Shown here piece by piece: positions 6,543 to 8,054 of a stretch of 8,054 bases of DNA (its first letter is position 1; each line of letters opens with the position of its first letter). This stretch comes from a virus (Duplodnaviria; Heunggongvirae; Uroviricota; Caudoviricetes): IMG/VR virus record IMGVR_UViG_2778261448_000002, positions 1-8,054 of that record; one strand, given 5' to 3'. The notes under the pieces are model-generated. The model saw only the letters and a list, made by a program, of their open reading frames with translations. It was not told the DNA's origin and did no database searches. The position numbers and the translations under genes were made by a program.

Positions 6543-6629
6543 ATGGAAAACAACAAATCTGCACATTACGTTCCTTTTTTATCTGTAATACTTTTTGTTT
6601 TATGCTGTGCGTGGGCATTATTTTTATAA
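6543..6629 (+). CDS. Small hydrophobic peptide ORF (28 aa, MENNKSAHYVPFLSVILFVLCCAWALFL); toxin-like or leader peptide candidate
   Basis: ATG at 6543 preceded by AAGGTGAG at 6-nt spacing. Single C-terminal hydrophobic helix with a CC pair. Lies in AT-rich intergenic DNA; a perfect palindrome AACCCTATCAGGGTT (6505..6519) sits just upstream of the RBS. Confidence 0.3.
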   Translation: MENNKSAHYVPFLSVILFVLCCAWALFL

Positions 6630-6830
6630 AAATATTCACAGATAAAATATACCCGCCAAACCTGGTTAAGTGCGGGTGCGTTGAGGAGGCCTGACACATC
6701 AGAGGTGGCGAGGGATTCTTCATCATCTAACCAGCAACCTTAACTTTGGGATTCACTAATTTAAGTACGCTAAAGGTGTTAAAACCCCGAGCCACCCAGG
6801 GACTGCTTGAAAAGTATATAAAAATCAATA

Positions 6831-6862
6831 TCAACTATCGATTTTACCTAAATGTTATGATA
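6831..6862 (+). promoter_or_regulatory. Candidate promoter with extended -10 (TGtTATGAT) for the nuclease-domain gene
   Basis: TG at 6854-6855 and hexamer TATGAT at 6857..6862, with a weak -35. A 5-bp palindrome GCGTAtcatTACGC (6873..6886) lies in the predicted 5' leader. Confidence 0.3.
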
Positions 6863-6923
6863 TAAAAAGTTAGCGTATCATTACGCATCCACAATATTCG
6901 AAGGTTTCCATATTCAATGTAAG

Positions 6924-7604
6924 ATGTCGACAAAGGCCTATTATTCTATGGATATCATAACAAAAATCATTGAAGACGCTCAAAAATTACAGTTATCCTC
7001 TGCAAATGAAGCTGAAACACGCCTTAAGATCATAGATCAAATACTCTTTGAAGTATTGAAATGGACTAGGGATGATGTATCGGTAGAAACTCGAGTTAGC
7101 GAAGATGGCGAGACTACTTTTGCTGATTATGTCATTAAAACAGCAAGTACTGCGTTTATAATTGAAGCCAAAAAAATTGGTCAGGCATTCGACACAAAAC
7201 AATTCGATAGGAGACTGAAACTCAACAACAATAATCTTTCCGGTCCTTTTGGAGATGCCATAATTCAAGCAAGAGATTATTGTAGAAAACTGAGCATTCA
7301 ATTTGCTGTTGTAACTAATGGTGAACAATGGGTTATATTCCCAGCAAATAGAACGGATCAAGTTGCATTCAACTCATCTTACGCAATTGTATTTAACAAT
7401 TTACAAAGTGCACTTAAAGATGACTATACAGAATTTTATGACTTATTATCAAGAAAAGCAGTTATAAACTCTAGCCTTGAAGTTACTTTATTAGGCAACA
7501 GGGAAGATCAAATAGAAGAAAGACGCTTAAAAAATACAGTCCGTAAAAGTATCTCTTATGATGCAAAGAATCCAATATACCCATTAGTCGAAGAAGCAAT
7601 TATC
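6924..7604 (+). CDS. IS1-interrupted gene encoding an HsdR-N-like PD-(D/E)xK nuclease domain protein (N-terminal 227 codons); candidate defense/exclusion gene
   Basis: ORF track 6924..7685; the last 26 codons and the stop are IS1 sequence, so native coding ends at 7604. Translation has the type I restriction R-subunit N-terminal pattern: ETRLKIIDQILFEVLKW ... FADYVIK ... AFIIEAKK ... QFAVVTNGEQWVIF (E / D / E-x-K catalytic triad arrangement). Visibly AT-rich and on the opposite strand to the phage early-right genes. Confidence 0.6.
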
Positions 7605-8054
7605 GGTAGTGACTCCAACTTACTGATAGTGTTTTATGTTCAGATAATGCCCGATGACCTTGTCATGCCGCTCCACCGATTTTGAGAACGACAGCGACTT
7701 CCGTCCCAGCCTTGCCAGATGTTGTCTCAGATTCAGATTATGTCGCTCAATGCGCTGAGTGTAACGCTTGCTGATAACGTGCAGCTTTCCCTTCAGGCGT
7801 GATTCATACAGCGGCCAGCCATCCGTCATCCATACCACGACCTCAAAGGCCGACAGCAGGCTCAGAAGACGCTCCTGTGTGGCCAGAGTGCGTTCACCGA
7901 AAACGTGCGCCACAACTGTCCTCCGTATCCTGTCATACGCGTAAAACAGCCAGCGCTGACGTGATTTAGCACCGACGTAGCCCCACTGTTCGTCCATTTC
8001 CGCGCAGACGATGACGTCACTGCCCGGCTGTATGCGCGAGGTTACCGACTGCGG
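7605..8054 (-). mobile_element. IS1 family insertion sequence (partial; continues beyond window end)
   Basis: Terminal inverted repeat GGTAGTGACTCCAACTTACTGATAGTGTTTTATGTTCAGATAATG begins at 7605, and the following sequence matches IS1 throughout, with scattered substitutions relative to the K-12 IS1 sequence as recalled. Confidence 0.9.
7620..8054 (-). CDS. insB: IS1 transposase InsB, C-terminal portion (5' end beyond window)
   Basis: ORF track 7620..7997 translation [22 protein letters not shown]...[69 protein letters not shown] is InsB. The frame stays open to the window edge. Confidence 0.85.
   Translation of the reverse strand, partial: PQSVTSRIQPGSDVIVCAEMDEQWGYVGAKSRQRWLFYAYDRIRRTVVAHVFGERTLATQERLLSLLSAFEVVVWMTDGWPLYESRLKGKLHVISKRYTQRIERHNLNLRQHLARLGRKSLSFSKSVERHDKVIGHYLNIKHYQ

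Noticed and set aside
6684-6740. Possible tiny ORF after a GAGGAGG motif (6684..6690)
   Set aside because: No ATG at suitable spacing; only a GTG giving a 12-codon frame. Too weak to call.
6523-7361. Minus-strand ORFs 6523..6726 and 6993..7361
   Set aside because: The first is antisense to the small peptide ORF region in AT-rich DNA. The second is antisense inside the nuclease-domain gene, with a low-complexity translation.

Overview
This window reads as the late region of a lambdoid (lambda-like, cos-packaging) prophage of an Escherichia/Shigella-type host, transcribed almost entirely on the minus strand (right to left). In transcription order: two nin-region genes (DUF1367/YbcN-like, DUF1364/YbcO-like), a late antiterminator Q candidate, an intrinsic terminator and a strong -10 element, two phage-borne tRNA genes (Thr-UGU, Gly-UCC), three tandem intrinsic terminators, a lysis cassette (putative holin, second small membrane protein, T5-like M15 endolysin), a lambda-like cos region, then terminase small and large subunits (large subunit runs off the left edge and is absent from the ORF track). 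Two AT-rich insertions interrupt this backbone on the plus strand. One is an Ais/PmrG-like LPS phosphatase gene with its own terminator, sitting between lysis genes and cos where lambda carries bor. The other, at the right end, holds a small hydrophobic ORF and a gene with a type I HsdR N-terminal-like PD-(D/E)xK nuclease domain, cut at codon 227 by an IS1 copy that continues past the window end. All homology statements are from reading translations and recalled family knowledge; no searches or computations were run.
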